64,000 bases of DNA, taken from assembly GCA_946965045.2 (NCBI GenBank), contig OX337242.1, positions 682,001 to 746,000 of the forward strand, read 5' to 3'. Position 1 is the stretch's first letter, and each line of letters begins with the position of its first letter. Source of the DNA: Epithemia pelagica (taxonomy: Eukaryota > Protista > Bacillariophyta). The translations under genes and the position numbers were made by a program. Positions 1-10,618 of the stretch are shown piece by piece. The notes under the pieces were generated by a model. That model was given only the letters and a program-made list of their open reading frames with translations, ran no database searches and was not told where the DNA came from.

Positions 1-3000
1 CTTGGCGATAGTTGTACTGGTCGGGATCCACATCAGTATCTTTCAAACACCCTCCTTTCACCCCAGCCGTCCATTTGGTTTGAAGATTATCCAATTTTGT
101 TTGCATGGATTCCCATGCATCTTTCATGACTTTGACCAGTTCCGCTTGCGACAGGGCCTTGCCACCGACAGAAGATTCGAGTGGCACCGGTGTGGCATCT
201 TCAAAGACATTGAGAAGAGGAGGTGGTGCATTGTGCTTAGCTCCAGGATAATCTGATGGGTCATACAACAAGTGAACAAAGTTGGCGTAGGCGGTGGCCA
301 TGGCCACATAGGCCAAGGACCGCCATTCGTCCACGGCCGGAGGGCCCCCATCCTTGCATGTCTGCGTACTTCCCAACCGTGGGTCCATGGCGGAGGCAAT
401 GGCTGTGGTCCCGTAAAACTGATGACGAATAACCAAATGGTTGATTGAATCGGCGGCAAAGGTAATGAGACCCTTCAACGTTTCGAATTTTTCATAGCGT
501 GCTGGTAGTTTGTGGAAAATACCCTCCAATGCTTGGTAATAATCCTGCAATGCCTTGTCGTTCTTCACATTCAGATCATTGTTCTGATAGACCTTTTTCA
601 AGATATCACTAGCATAGGATTCGAAAATCTCATAGTAGTCCAATTCCCATTCCAACTGATTGGCTACTGGTGGCTTCATTCTGGAGGCATAGTCGGGGGT
701 TCCCTTGATCATGCCATTCACCTTCTTGCGCTCGTCAAAGTCCTCATCCGATGCGTAGGTAAAGCGATCGTAAATTCCCGTCAAGTAGTCGGTTAGGGCT
801 CCGTATTTGAGGGCAAACACTTGGGAAAAGACGGCATTCTCCTGAACCAGATGTGCCGTAGTGAGCTCTTGGGCCAGACCGTGGGAAAACAAGTGAATGT
901 ACAACATGACACGGAGTGGGTGGCCATTGAAATCGTTTAGTCCACCGTTCTCATTGGTGCCGTTACCCACGTTCAGGGCATAATCAAACATGTTGATGTT
1001 GGCTACTTCCAGCAAGTTGTAACTGTCATGAAAGTGGAAAAGACGAGCAGCGAGTGAGTTTCAGGATTGTTTGAGAACTTGTCCATGTGGAATCAGAATT
1101 CAACGTACGTCATGTGAATTCCCGCCAAATGCTTTCCGGCAACAACAGAAAAGTACAGAGAGGACACGACCATGGCTTCGGCCCGGCGAAAGATGGCTGA
1201 CTTCTTTTGGACCAATGTCTTGTATTCGGTACGGGGAGCCACAACCCATTTGAGTTTAAGGTTCTTGCTCCCATTGACACCAAAATAGGCAATACCGCCA
1301 TAGGGTTCATAGTCGTTCTTTTCTTCGTATTGTTCCAAGTGACGAAAGTCAATCACCAATCCGATCTCATCATTCCCATGATTAAAGATGCCGTTGTTGT
1401 CATTGGTGACAAGTTCAAAGAAGGGGAAGGAGGTGGTTTCTTTGGCACGTTGCAAAAACGTATTACCAATACCATACTGGGCCAGGTAGGCGAGGTATTG
1501 ACCGTCCTTGAAACTATCCACAGCTGGTTGGGGTGCATACTGCAATGTCTTACCCATAGCTGGGAAGTCAAATAAGGGAAGGGAGAACAAGTTGGAAGGG
1601 TACCGTTGTTGTCCATCTTCAGTTACACCCAAACGGACCTTATATTGAAGGGGCGTCTCAATATTTGCTTGAGGCAGAAAACGGTCGAGTTTGGCAATCA
1701 AACCAAATAGTTTTGTGACCCGCTGCACGAGACTTCCAGCATTTTCCAATGCTGTCTGTGGAAGACCATCGGATATGGCCGGAACGGCCATGTTGGATGC
1801 CACTTGGTAGGGATGCGATTCGGAATAGGGTTGCATGCTGACTTTCTTTGGAGCTTTGCTTTTGTAGACTTCACGTAGTGCCTGAGGTGCTGGTGGAGAA
1901 GGATTTCCCACCAAGACAAAATAAAAGACAGACCAGACAATGTAACTGATTTCGGAACGAAAGGATTGGTACAAGAGTGGAAAGGTCTTGAATACGGTGA
2001 ACACGGCGACGGCAATGGTGCCCAACACATAGGGCCATTGACGTTCGTAAGATTCCTTGGAGAGGATGGCAGCTTCCACTGCAGATCCGACCGTCTCTTC
2101 TTGACCTCTTCCTTTCGCCAGCAAACGAGAGAGCCAGGAACCGGTAAGTTCTTCCTTGCTGTTGCCAGCCAACATGAGAGCCATGTACAGACAAACGGCT
2201 CCCATGATACTTAAAACGTGAAAATAAAAACTCTTGATTGGCGTGGCAATTGTTTGCAAAAAGGCCAACAATTGAAAGACTGGAGCCATGGCCAAAGTAT
2301 ACTTGACGGCATTTCCACCGGCCACAGCATCGCGAGTCATCTAATATAAAAATCACATCAACGAACATACAAGCAAACGTGAGACATTGCATGTCTCTTG
2401 TTCTCACCAAAACAAACGAACACGTACCACAAAGAAAAATTCAGTCACTTGAATTCCCATCATAACGAGGGGAAGCATATCAGTTCCACCCAATACACGG
2501 TATCCACCCCAGAATAATCCAATGGATAAGGCCACCACCATAAAAATGGAAATGTACATCAAGGTCTTGAGAAAAGGAACGTCCTTCGAAGGAACCATGA
2601 GAGCCGTGGCAAAAAAGAAGAGCGTCGCCACAACAGGTCCACCGTTGAGCTCTCGCAAGCGACTGATAAAGGTGGTGAAACGATTGAAGGATTTATCAAA
2701 CGGATGTCCCATCAACAACATGACGCTTTCAAAGACCCATCCCAAGGTGGAACCGTAGATGGTAAAGTAAAAGGGAAGCAAGGTCCAAAGAGCACCGTCT
2801 TGTTTTCCATCCGATGGCTTGGACAAAACATCCTTCTTACAATACTGGAAGAATTCAACCGAAGTGTTTTCTGTGTACAAGATGTTGGGAAAGAAACACA
2901 CAACATTTTCGATGTAACACATAAAGGAAGGATAGCCTTGGTCATCGGTTTTGCACGTCGGACCATTATCTTTGATCAAGTGAAAGGCAACGGACGGCTG

Positions 3001-3162
3001 GTTCAAGAGTCTGACCATATAGATGGCGATTGCACTCATAGAGATCAAACTGGCAATGGACAAAAGAGAACCGACGATACTGAACTTAGCTTCATCAGGA
3101 GGCTTACTGGGAAAGCGCTGGTCGGCATAACCCTTGAGAAATTCATGACGATATTCGCTCAT
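1..3162 (-). CDS. Multi-transmembrane domain fused to a divergent lipoxygenase-like domain (3' end runs off window)
   Basis: Exons 3162-2428, 2340-1109 and 1022-<1 join in frame through GT-AG introns at 2427-2341 (87 bp) and 1108-1023 (86 bp). Exon 3 has no stop to the window edge. LOX-type motifs: KHLAGIH (H-x4-H), HPLRVMLYIH (H-x8-H), VYQNNDLNVKNDKALQDY, RHQFYG. About 8 hydrophobic segments lie in the first ~390 aa. Confidence 0.75.
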
Positions 3163-4826
3163 GGTCGTGTGCTGTTGAATGTGTTCTTTTGGGTTGTATC
3201 TTTTTGGATCAACAACTTACGATAGTTTTGTGAGAGGGCTCCGAATCTGGACTGTGCTTGTCGGCCGACCGACGTGTTGGTTTCAGCTGGTACCTCATGG
3301 GCAAGGGGCATAATTATGATCGATGACGACTGCGTTTCAGGAGGGTCATTATTCCTATATACGAGCTCCATCAATCGATATGTTGGCGCTCAGTTGCCCG
3401 TGCTTCACCTCGGTGAAACTTCCGGCCCTACGAGATTCACTTCACCATACATTTTCCTGAAGTAAAATGAATTGCCCCACATCGACAAGATGTTCTCGTA
3501 AGGTTACCACACTCCTACCGATGAACCTTTCACCATGACGTGGAGGCGCTTCCCCTTTCTGTACGAGAAGTAAAAGTACTAGGACTACGAGTAGATCAAA
3601 CTGCACGGCTTCCTTATGATAAGTCTATTACGTTGCCACCATCACTGCTGCTTGTTGTCGTTGTTATAGGGGATTGTTTCACTCGGCCGAAACGAGGTTG
3701 CGTTTGGTGTCGTGTCGCGGCACAGGATTGTCTCGTTCGGCCAAAACAAATTGATAAGTGTTGAGTTTGTTGTAGAACCGTAGAAATGAAAGAAATGGAG
3801 AGCAGTTGATTGTTGCGTTTGGTGTCATTGTCGTGGTCCCAAATTGTTGAAACGACGAGTTGATTGTAATGATTGGGACAAGAACTGCAATGCGAGGCCA
3901 AAACCAGTTGATTGTGTAATTCCTGGTATCTGTGATCATGGTTGTGGGTATTGTATCATCATCACCATCCGATGGATTGGTCATTGAGGTTCCCTGTCGT
4001 CCAGTTGTAGCGTCGTAGGTCGTTGTTGTTCCGTTTGTCAACGTGCCAAACAGTTTTCCGCTTACATGGCTCTTCGACCACTGCCACCACAGCTCCACTT
4101 TGTCCACTCCTTCTTCCACTCGAACTATGTTGTCGGAAGGAGCCGCACCACCGGCACCAGCATCGGCGGCGGCGGCAGTAGAAGCAGTCCTTCCACATGT
4201 GGTTGCGTGTTTGTTGTTTCGTCAAACCAAACTTTTGTTGCGTAAGAACCACCAATCCGATGAGGCTTTGATTTGGTGGGTTCGGGCCAAGGAAAGATGA
4301 GAAGTTGATTGTTGCATGCGGATGGAAGATAAGTGAATTGCTGTATTCATTCCATCCAGTCTCGTCGTCTTCTCACGGTCACTTCCTTCGTTGCGGTTGC
4401 CGAGATTCTTGTCATGTTTGTGCTTCGGAATCCTCCAGTTGATTGCCATGTGTCCTTGCTGCTGCTCTCCTTCGCCTCATCCATCCATTTTGGAGCTTCC
4501 ATTGTCGTCCCTCCTTGCAATCATGGTTCATTCCATCTTTATCCGACTCCAATCTTGATCCTCTCGTTGCTTCCTTCCAACCTCAAAATGGAAGGTCTTC
4601 TAAATCTTGCCGTAGGTCGATGAAACTAGCCAACTCATCCCTTCCCGTCCATTCCCTCACGGTACACATAAAGATCAATAGGGTCCATTCGTCCGCTTCC
4701 AATTGCATCAAATCTGTGTGTGTTCATGCCAATTCTCTACTATATAATATGGTGTGCTTATGGCGCTGAGTTGTTTCGGAGTAGTGTAGCGTTTCTCGGT
4801 TCTAGTAGTGGAATCGTCGATCATGG

Positions 4827-5819
4827 CTACTGCCAACAGCTATCGCTCGTGCCAATTTCCTGTTGTCGGTCCAAGGTCTCTTGTTCGGCCTTTTCCCATT
4901 GATCGGACGCCAAGGTCAATGCTCGATCGACCCAGGCAATCCGTCTCCTTTGATTGGCCACACTGTGGGGTCGATACGAGGGCAACCCTTGTCGCGCCCA
5001 ATACAGTGCTTCCCCCATGTCTTGATTTCTCAAGGCAATCATAATGAGCACGGGAAAGACATCAAAATGCCACGGCTTGAGCTGCAGCGCTTGGAGGGCC
5101 AGTTCTTCGGATTCCTCCGACTGACCCTTCATGAACAAGAGAATGGACAAGCGGGCTCGTGGTTCGGCCCAGGTCGGATACTGGTCCATCATGTCTCGAA
5201 GCTCTTGTTCTTCTACGGCCATGCCAGGTGTACATTCGCGTTGCATGGCTTCGAGTTTGGAGGCGGGTTCCGGTCCATGCTCGTACATCCACAAGTGCAT
5301 GAGTTCGTCCACGACCGATGGTTCCAGCGTGCTAATGTCTTGTTCATACGACGACGAGTCGTCTTCGTCGACATGTTCCGTTTCCAGGACGGTATTGACC
5401 GCAAGCTGACGCAAGAGATCCATTTCAAGTTGCCGACGACGACGTCCAGCACTCGTCATGAGAGTCACAGGAACAGTGTGGTGGTCGTCGTCGTCGAGTC
5501 GGTTCTTATGGACGTCATGGGTGGAAGCGACAAGATTTTCCAGGGTATTCCGGGCCTGATCCAAATCTTGAATCTGAATATCACGATTCTTCTTGTTTCT
5601 CTGACCATCACCGAGGTTGGTTTGTCCCTGTTTGTCAATGGTGGAGAAGAGTCTCGATGTCGTCGTCGTTGCGACCCCTGGTTGTCTTGTCGTCGTCGTC
5701 TTGGACGTTCCGAACGATTGCACCCATGCAGCTTCGCATACAGAACCTGATGTCCCCAACAGCACGAGAAGAAGAAGAAGAGAAGTAATAGAAGACAAGG
5801 TCAAGGGAAGAAGGAACAT
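4827..5819 (-). CDS. TPR-like alpha-helical protein with signal peptide, probably plastid-targeted (intact copy 1)
   Basis: Open frame (track ORF 4827..5831; ATG MFLLPL at 5819). Hydrophobic leader ending VCEAA|W; a W at +1 fits the diatom ASAFAP-type rule. TPR-like helices WAEPRARLSILLFMKG...ALQLKPWHF. Confidence 0.7.
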   Translation of the reverse strand: MFLLPLTLSSITSLLLLLVLLGTSGSVCEAAWVQSFGTSKTTTTRQPGVATTTTSRLFSTIDKQGQTNLGDGQRNKKNRDIQIQDLDQARNTLENLVASTHDVHKNRLDDDDHHTVPVTLMTSAGRRRRQLEMDLLRQLAVNTVLETEHVDEDDSSSYEQDISTLEPSVVDELMHLWMYEHGPEPASKLEAMQRECTPGMAVEEQELRDMMDQYPTWAEPRARLSILLFMKGQSEESEELALQALQLKPWHFDVFPVLIMIALRNQDMGEALYWARQGLPSYRPHSVANQRRRIAWVDRALTLASDQWEKAEQETLDRQQEIGTSDSCWQ

Positions 5820-6227
5820 GATCAGGCACACACTCTTGTTGTTTGGCAGGTAAGGTATTCGTATTTCGTATCTCGCTTCCCTCGTTTTATATGTTTGGTT
5901 TGTGAGATGGATTTGTTCCTTGGCATGGATTCAATCACCGAAGACGCACGAAAGACCATGGAACCAGATTGCTGCAGATGTTGTTGTCGACAGACACGGA
6001 AGGAAATCTGTCCGAAATCTTCCGCGACTGGGTTGTACCAAACACGACCGAAAAGAGACTCGATCGCGCCCATCCGGGCATACCGGCTGGCGCGATTGGG
6101 AGAACCGGAAACGGCCACATTTTGGTGCATTGTCTGCTGCATCACACCACAACAACGAGACACAGGGAGCCACTGGAAATGAAATGCTTGGGTGGTCTTG
6201 CTGGGATCCTCAAGCAGTAATAATAGT

Positions 6228-9200
6228 ATGGGAATATCCGGACTCTTGCAAGGGTTAAAGCCTTTTACAGAAACTCGAAATGTTCGAGACTTTTCCAATC
6301 AAGCTCTCGCCATTGACGCGTCTTCCTGGTTGCACAAGTCGGTCTATTCCATTGCCGATGTGTACGTGGAGGCCATGGAAGATAATGGACGACATTGTCG
6401 TGACTCGAAATGCATTGAAACTTCGGCAAAATATGTGGTCAAGCGATGTCAGGAATTACTCTTATACGCCCACATATCCGCCCTCTATCTCGTTTTAGAT
6501 GGCACACGGTGTCCCCTCAAGGCCGTGACCAATCACGAACGAGAGCAGAAACGACAACAATCGTTGGATGAAGCTCGAGCATGTCAACGTGCGGGAGCCA
6601 TGCATTACAAAGTCTTTGAAAAGTACAAGACATGCATTAAAATTACAGCAGACTTTACTCAAGTTGTCATGGAACGAGTTGCCAAACTGCTCCGAAACAA
6701 CCACCACAACAAGAAGAAGGATGCGGTCCATATCATTCAATCTCCCTACGAAGCCGATGCTCAATTGGTTGAGCTGTGTGTCAGCGGTAAAGCTCAAGCC
6801 ATTATTACCGAAGATTCCGATGTACTCGTGTATTCGGCGGCCTGTCGTTGTGTCTTTCCGGTCTTATTCAAGCTGGACCGCAACTCGGGGTCCTGTCAAG
6901 TCTTGTCCATGTCCTGGTTACTCGATCCACAACACAACCAACAACTTTCGACTCACTACCAACGTAGCGCCACGACTGTCACGGCCTTGGAACTCATTTT
7001 GGTCCAGTGGATGCGGGAAGAGCAACGAGAGGCTGGACGGGGCGCTCGTCTCTTTGTCCAAGCCTGTGTCCTGGCCGGCTGTGATTATGCACCTAGCCAA
7101 TTGTCGGGCGTGGGTCTGGTCAATGCCTTTAAGCTCCTTGATCGACAACGACACCGCAATCCCAATCGACGCTTTTCCTACGCCTTGCAGCAGCACCACC
7201 AGAATACCAAACAAAAATCCTCCTCCTCACGTCGCAATCATCCCACGACCAGCCATTCCAGGGATCACCACCACACGTATGAACGTGTCTTGTCGCAGGC
7301 CGAAGCAGTCTTTTATCATCATCCCGTGTACAAAGACAAGCTCCGCCACGTAGCGTACCTCAACAGTATCGACCAGGATGGTACTGGAGAGAGACCTTGT
7401 CTCGATCGGTTCGACCACCAATTGGAATTTCTCGGTCAAGTGGGGCATGATGGTACTGCTGCTGCCATGGGACCCACACGTCGTCCTACAATGACTACTG
7501 CTAATGTTGCTGCGGTATCCAAACCAAAAAATCCCCATTCCTTTTTTGTCTTAGCAGCACCGACTGCCACCTCACACAACCAGAACACCCACAAGAAGCC
7601 CCGTCCACCGGTTGAGGAGGTTGTCGTCGTTGTCTCAGAAAGTCGGAAACGCAAACGCACCACCAAACAGCAAGCTCCCGCAGTCCAGCGACCAGTCCTC
7701 CAAACCAAAAATCCCTATCGAAAGAACCAACGAGATTGCGAACTTGTATCAGACTCACCGAGACGACAAGAGTCGTTGATTCGGCCCAGATCGTTTCACA
7801 AGCATGCGAACAATCCTTTTGAACAACATCGCCATTCGTACAACAATAATGACGATGACAATAAGGAAAATCGACCACCCTTGGGCAGTGCTATGGAATC
7901 CAGACCAAAGGCCCAACCCAGCAAGAATCCCCAGAAGAATGCTCGCCATTTTGGGGATGTTCGATTTGTCAAACCCAAGTTTGACCGAGACGGAAAGTTG
8001 ATGTATCCACCCAAAGTCTTGGAGGCGAAGCGTGCCTTTGAGGCAGCACGAAGGCAGCCACGAGAAATGACTGCTGGTGGCACCCTTTCAGGTTCACAAC
8101 TGGATACACGACTTTTGACACGTGTCCAAAACGCTCACATTTCGGCAGGCTTCATAGTTGGGGAAACAACCCACGGGTACGAACCAAACGCCCTTGGCAA
8201 TAATTGCTCCAACTTCGTGACAGAGTCGCGAAATGATCAGGATTGTTTCCAAAATGAAATGGAACGAACGAATGAAACGCCCGTCGATCGTTTTGTCGCC
8301 GATGGCGACCCGTACCCTCCACCACATGATGAAGAGGATCCAAACGGCATTCTCCATGATACAGAACAGAATGTCGTCGTGGAAGTTCTTCCGCCTCCCC
8401 TTGCTTCCCATGGCGGCTCGCCAACCATGAATCTACCTCCAGAGTGGATGGAACACAATGAGCAATCCGTTATGATACCAACAACCATGGCTTCCCCTTC
8501 CCGTGGCGGCTCGCCCACCATGAATCTACCTCCTGGGTTAATGGAACCCAATGAGCAATCCATTGCACCAACCACGGCTTCCCTTTCCCGTGATTGCTCA
8601 CCCACCATGAATCTACCCCCAGAGTTGATGGAACCAAACGAGCAATCCGTTGTGATACAACTACCAACAACCATGGCTTCCCCTTCCCGTGGTGGCTCAC
8701 CAACCATGAATCTACCTCCGGGGTTAATGGAACCCAATGATGAGCCGTTTCAAGAAAATCCGGGTTGCGATCATGGATCGCCACTTTCTGAAGTTGCAGA
8801 AGACGTACATGTACATGAACATGATGTGTCCACGTTGAGCAAGTATTTCTCCACGGGCCGAAACGAAAAAAGAGTAATGGCTCGGAGGGTCACGCTCGAA
8901 GAGTCACCCAAGCCGTACCATGAGTCGCAACGGCTCGACGAACTTGGCGGTATTCAACGCGACCAACCTTTTGATATGTATGATGATTTCTTTTCACCCA
9001 GAAAGAAAGACGGTGGTGAATGTTTTAATCACCTGGAGAAGCAAATTAGTGTGGAGGAAATCGAAGATGATAGTCCTGAGCGGACCGCATTACAGGTTCC
9101 TCCGTCCTCCTTTGATATTGAGCCTCCAAAGCCCCAGAGTCGTATAGGGCCGGCAAAGACGACACGAGTTCGATTTGAAGCTGGGGGCGCTCGATCTCGT

Positions 9201-9344
9201 GGTGGTAGACCTCTTTCCCGACAAACAAGAACTACTGTATCATCCTCATTGCTTCCAAAGAACGCACTTTCGCTTTCACGACAACGCAAGTCGGCACCAA
9301 AACAACTCAACACGCTCTTTTCATACTTTACTCCCGCCAAATAA
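6228..9344 (+). CDS. EXO1: Exonuclease 1 (XPG/Rad2-family 5' nuclease), intact
   Basis: MGISGLL start; DASSWLHK, LVLDG, SPYEADAQL, ITEDSDVLVY, CVLAGCDY and SGVGLVNAFKL (XPG-N, XPG-I and H3TH motifs). Long disordered C-terminus ending in a PIP-box-like QLNTLFSYF. Confidence 0.95.
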   Translation: MGISGLLQGLKPFTETRNVRDFSNQALAIDASSWLHKSVYSIADVYVEAMEDNGRHCRDSKCIETSAKYVVKRCQELLLYAHISALYLVLDGTRCPLKAVTNHEREQKRQQSLDEARACQRAGAMHYKVFEKYKTCIKITADFTQVVMERVAKLLRNNHHNKKKDAVHIIQSPYEADAQLVELCVSGKAQAIITEDSDVLVYSAACRCVFPVLFKLDRNSGSCQVLSMSWLLDPQHNQQLSTHYQRSATTVTALELILVQWMREEQREAGRGARLFVQACVLAGCDYAPSQLSGVGLVNAFKLLDRQRHRNPNRRFSYALQQHHQNTKQKSSSSRRNHPTTSHSRDHHHTYERVLSQAEAVFYHHPVYKDKLRHVAYLNSIDQDGTGERPCLDRFDHQLEFLGQVGHDGTAAAMGPTRRPTMTTANVAAVSKPKNPHSFFVLAAPTATSHNQNTHKKPRPPVEEVVVVVSESRKRKRTTKQQAPAVQRPVLQTKNPYRKNQRDCELVSDSPRRQESLIRPRSFHKHANNPFEQHRHSYNNNDDDNKENRPPLGSAMESRPKAQPSKNPQKNARHFGDVRFVKPKFDRDGKLMYPPKVLEAKRAFEAARRQPREMTAGGTLSGSQLDTRLLTRVQNAHISAGFIVGETTHGYEPNALGNNCSNFVTESRNDQDCFQNEMERTNETPVDRFVADGDPYPPPHDEEDPNGILHDTEQNVVVEVLPPPLASHGGSPTMNLPPEWMEHNEQSVMIPTTMASPSRGGSPTMNLPPGLMEPNEQSIAPTTASLSRDCSPTMNLPPELMEPNEQSVVIQLPTTMASPSRGGSPTMNLPPGLMEPNDEPFQENPGCDHGSPLSEVAEDVHVHEHDVSTLSKYFSTGRNEKRVMARRVTLEESPKPYHESQRLDELGGIQRDQPFDMYDDFFSPRKKDGGECFNHLEKQISVEEIEDDSPERTALQVPPSSFDIEPPKPQSRIGPAKTTRVRFEAGGARSRGGRPLSRQTRTTVSSSLLPKNALSLSRQRKSAPKQLNTLFSYFTPAK
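8412..8740 (+). repeat. In-frame coding tandem repeat in EXO1 (4 modules of 29-33 aa, last one partial)
   Basis: Modules start at 8412, 8505, 8592 and 8691 (periods 93, 87 and 99 bp). Consensus xxSPTMNLPP(E/G)xMEPNEQS...TTxASxSR. Confidence 0.9.
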
Positions 9345-10243
9345 GATTTTGAAACGATATCGAGTACTGGATTTGATATTTTTATTGCATTATCCTCCGG
9401 AGGAGGTAGCACATTAATTTATGAAAGCGGAATGCCATGGCAACAGGGCACCAAGTACTCATACCGACCTGTATAGGTGAGTAAAAGGAACCCAGGGAAG
9501 CGGAGATGAACTGACGTGTTGTCTTTCAAGATTCTCCAGGATGTTGGATAGAGAGTGGACTTACTCTCGACTGGGTATGAGTGTCCCCATCCCATCTACT
9601 CATTGCCTAGAGGTATTAGGTAGGTAGATTCGCGTTAGGGTCAAACATCTGCTCTAGAACGACTGATGTTGTGTTGTAGCAAGATTCTCCATGAGGTTTG
9701 ATGACAGTGTAGCTGTAGAATGTAGATAGATAATGGATTGGACAGAATTAGAAATGCTAAATAGTCGTATTGCAATGTCATATACTTAGCCGTGAACCAA
9801 GACTAAAATGTAAATAATCTCTACATTTACGTTTACGAGTAGCGGGTAAGTAGTATTGTGCCCACAATTCGTTGCTGGTTGGGTTCATTATATAGTAGTG
9901 TACGGGGATCAAAAGTTTTCCCGAAAGTCTCTCAAAAAGCTTCCCTATAACTCCGAACGTCTCTCAAAAAGCTATCCGAAAGTCTTTCATTTGACTTTTT
10001 CAGGCCTTCATAGCCAAATGAGAGACATTCGGGGAGACTTTTGTTTTTAGGGATAGGGTTAAACTTGGGAATGCGGCTGAAGTGGCACTGACAAGACAAC
10101 TAGGGTCATTTTCTTTAAGAAGAGTCAATATGGAAGAGTAATGGAGACATCGACGGTCACTGGATGGTCTGTCCGAATGTCAGTCTAATTTTTGAAAGTT
10201 TCTCCGAACGTCTGTCATGAAAGTCCCTCATTTCACTCCTCTC

Positions 10244-10453
10244 CAAACCTTGCATCCAGTTTCTAATCAACCCTGAAGTCGCTTCAACAAATGGGTCAAG
10301 AAGGAAGAGTAGAGGGGCAAACGCTAACCATGCAAACCTAGCATCCAGTTTCTAGTCAACCGTGAAGTCGCTTCAACAAATGGGTCAAGAAGGAATAGTA
10401 GAGGGGCAAACGCTAATCATGCAAACTCAGCATCCAGTTCCTAGTCAACCGTG
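10244..10453. repeat. 89-bp tandem repeat, ~2.4 copies
   Basis: The unit CAAACC(T/A)GCATCCAGTTTCTA...GGGGCAAACGCTAA(C/T)CATG starts at 10244, 10333 and 10422. Confidence 0.9.
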
Positions 10454-10618
10454 GAGCGCCAGTTTTGGCATTGTGCTGGCTTCTACCAAGAACATTGCTT
10501 GGTTGACTGCATAGAGCATAGAACAAACAAAGATGCAACTTTATGTTCTCATTTCTTTTCAATCTTTTCAACAGAGCCTCTCGGCATTCACATTCAACGG
10601 ATGTAATACGGTTCGACC

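Noticed and set aside
3380-4800. Short ORFs (e.g. 3679..4119, 4222..4449) between the LOX-like and TPR-like genes
   Set aside because: No in-frame ATG or consistent splice model and no motifs. It may be a decayed gene, but this cannot be supported.
4863-5750. 295-aa + strand ORF and its paralogs (12194..12754, 21191..21751)
   Set aside because: Antisense shadows of the TPR-like gene and pseudogenes.
10244-10453. CRISPR-like interpretation of the 89-bp repeats
   Set aside because: Head-to-tail repeats with no unique spacers, no cas genes, and a eukaryotic context.
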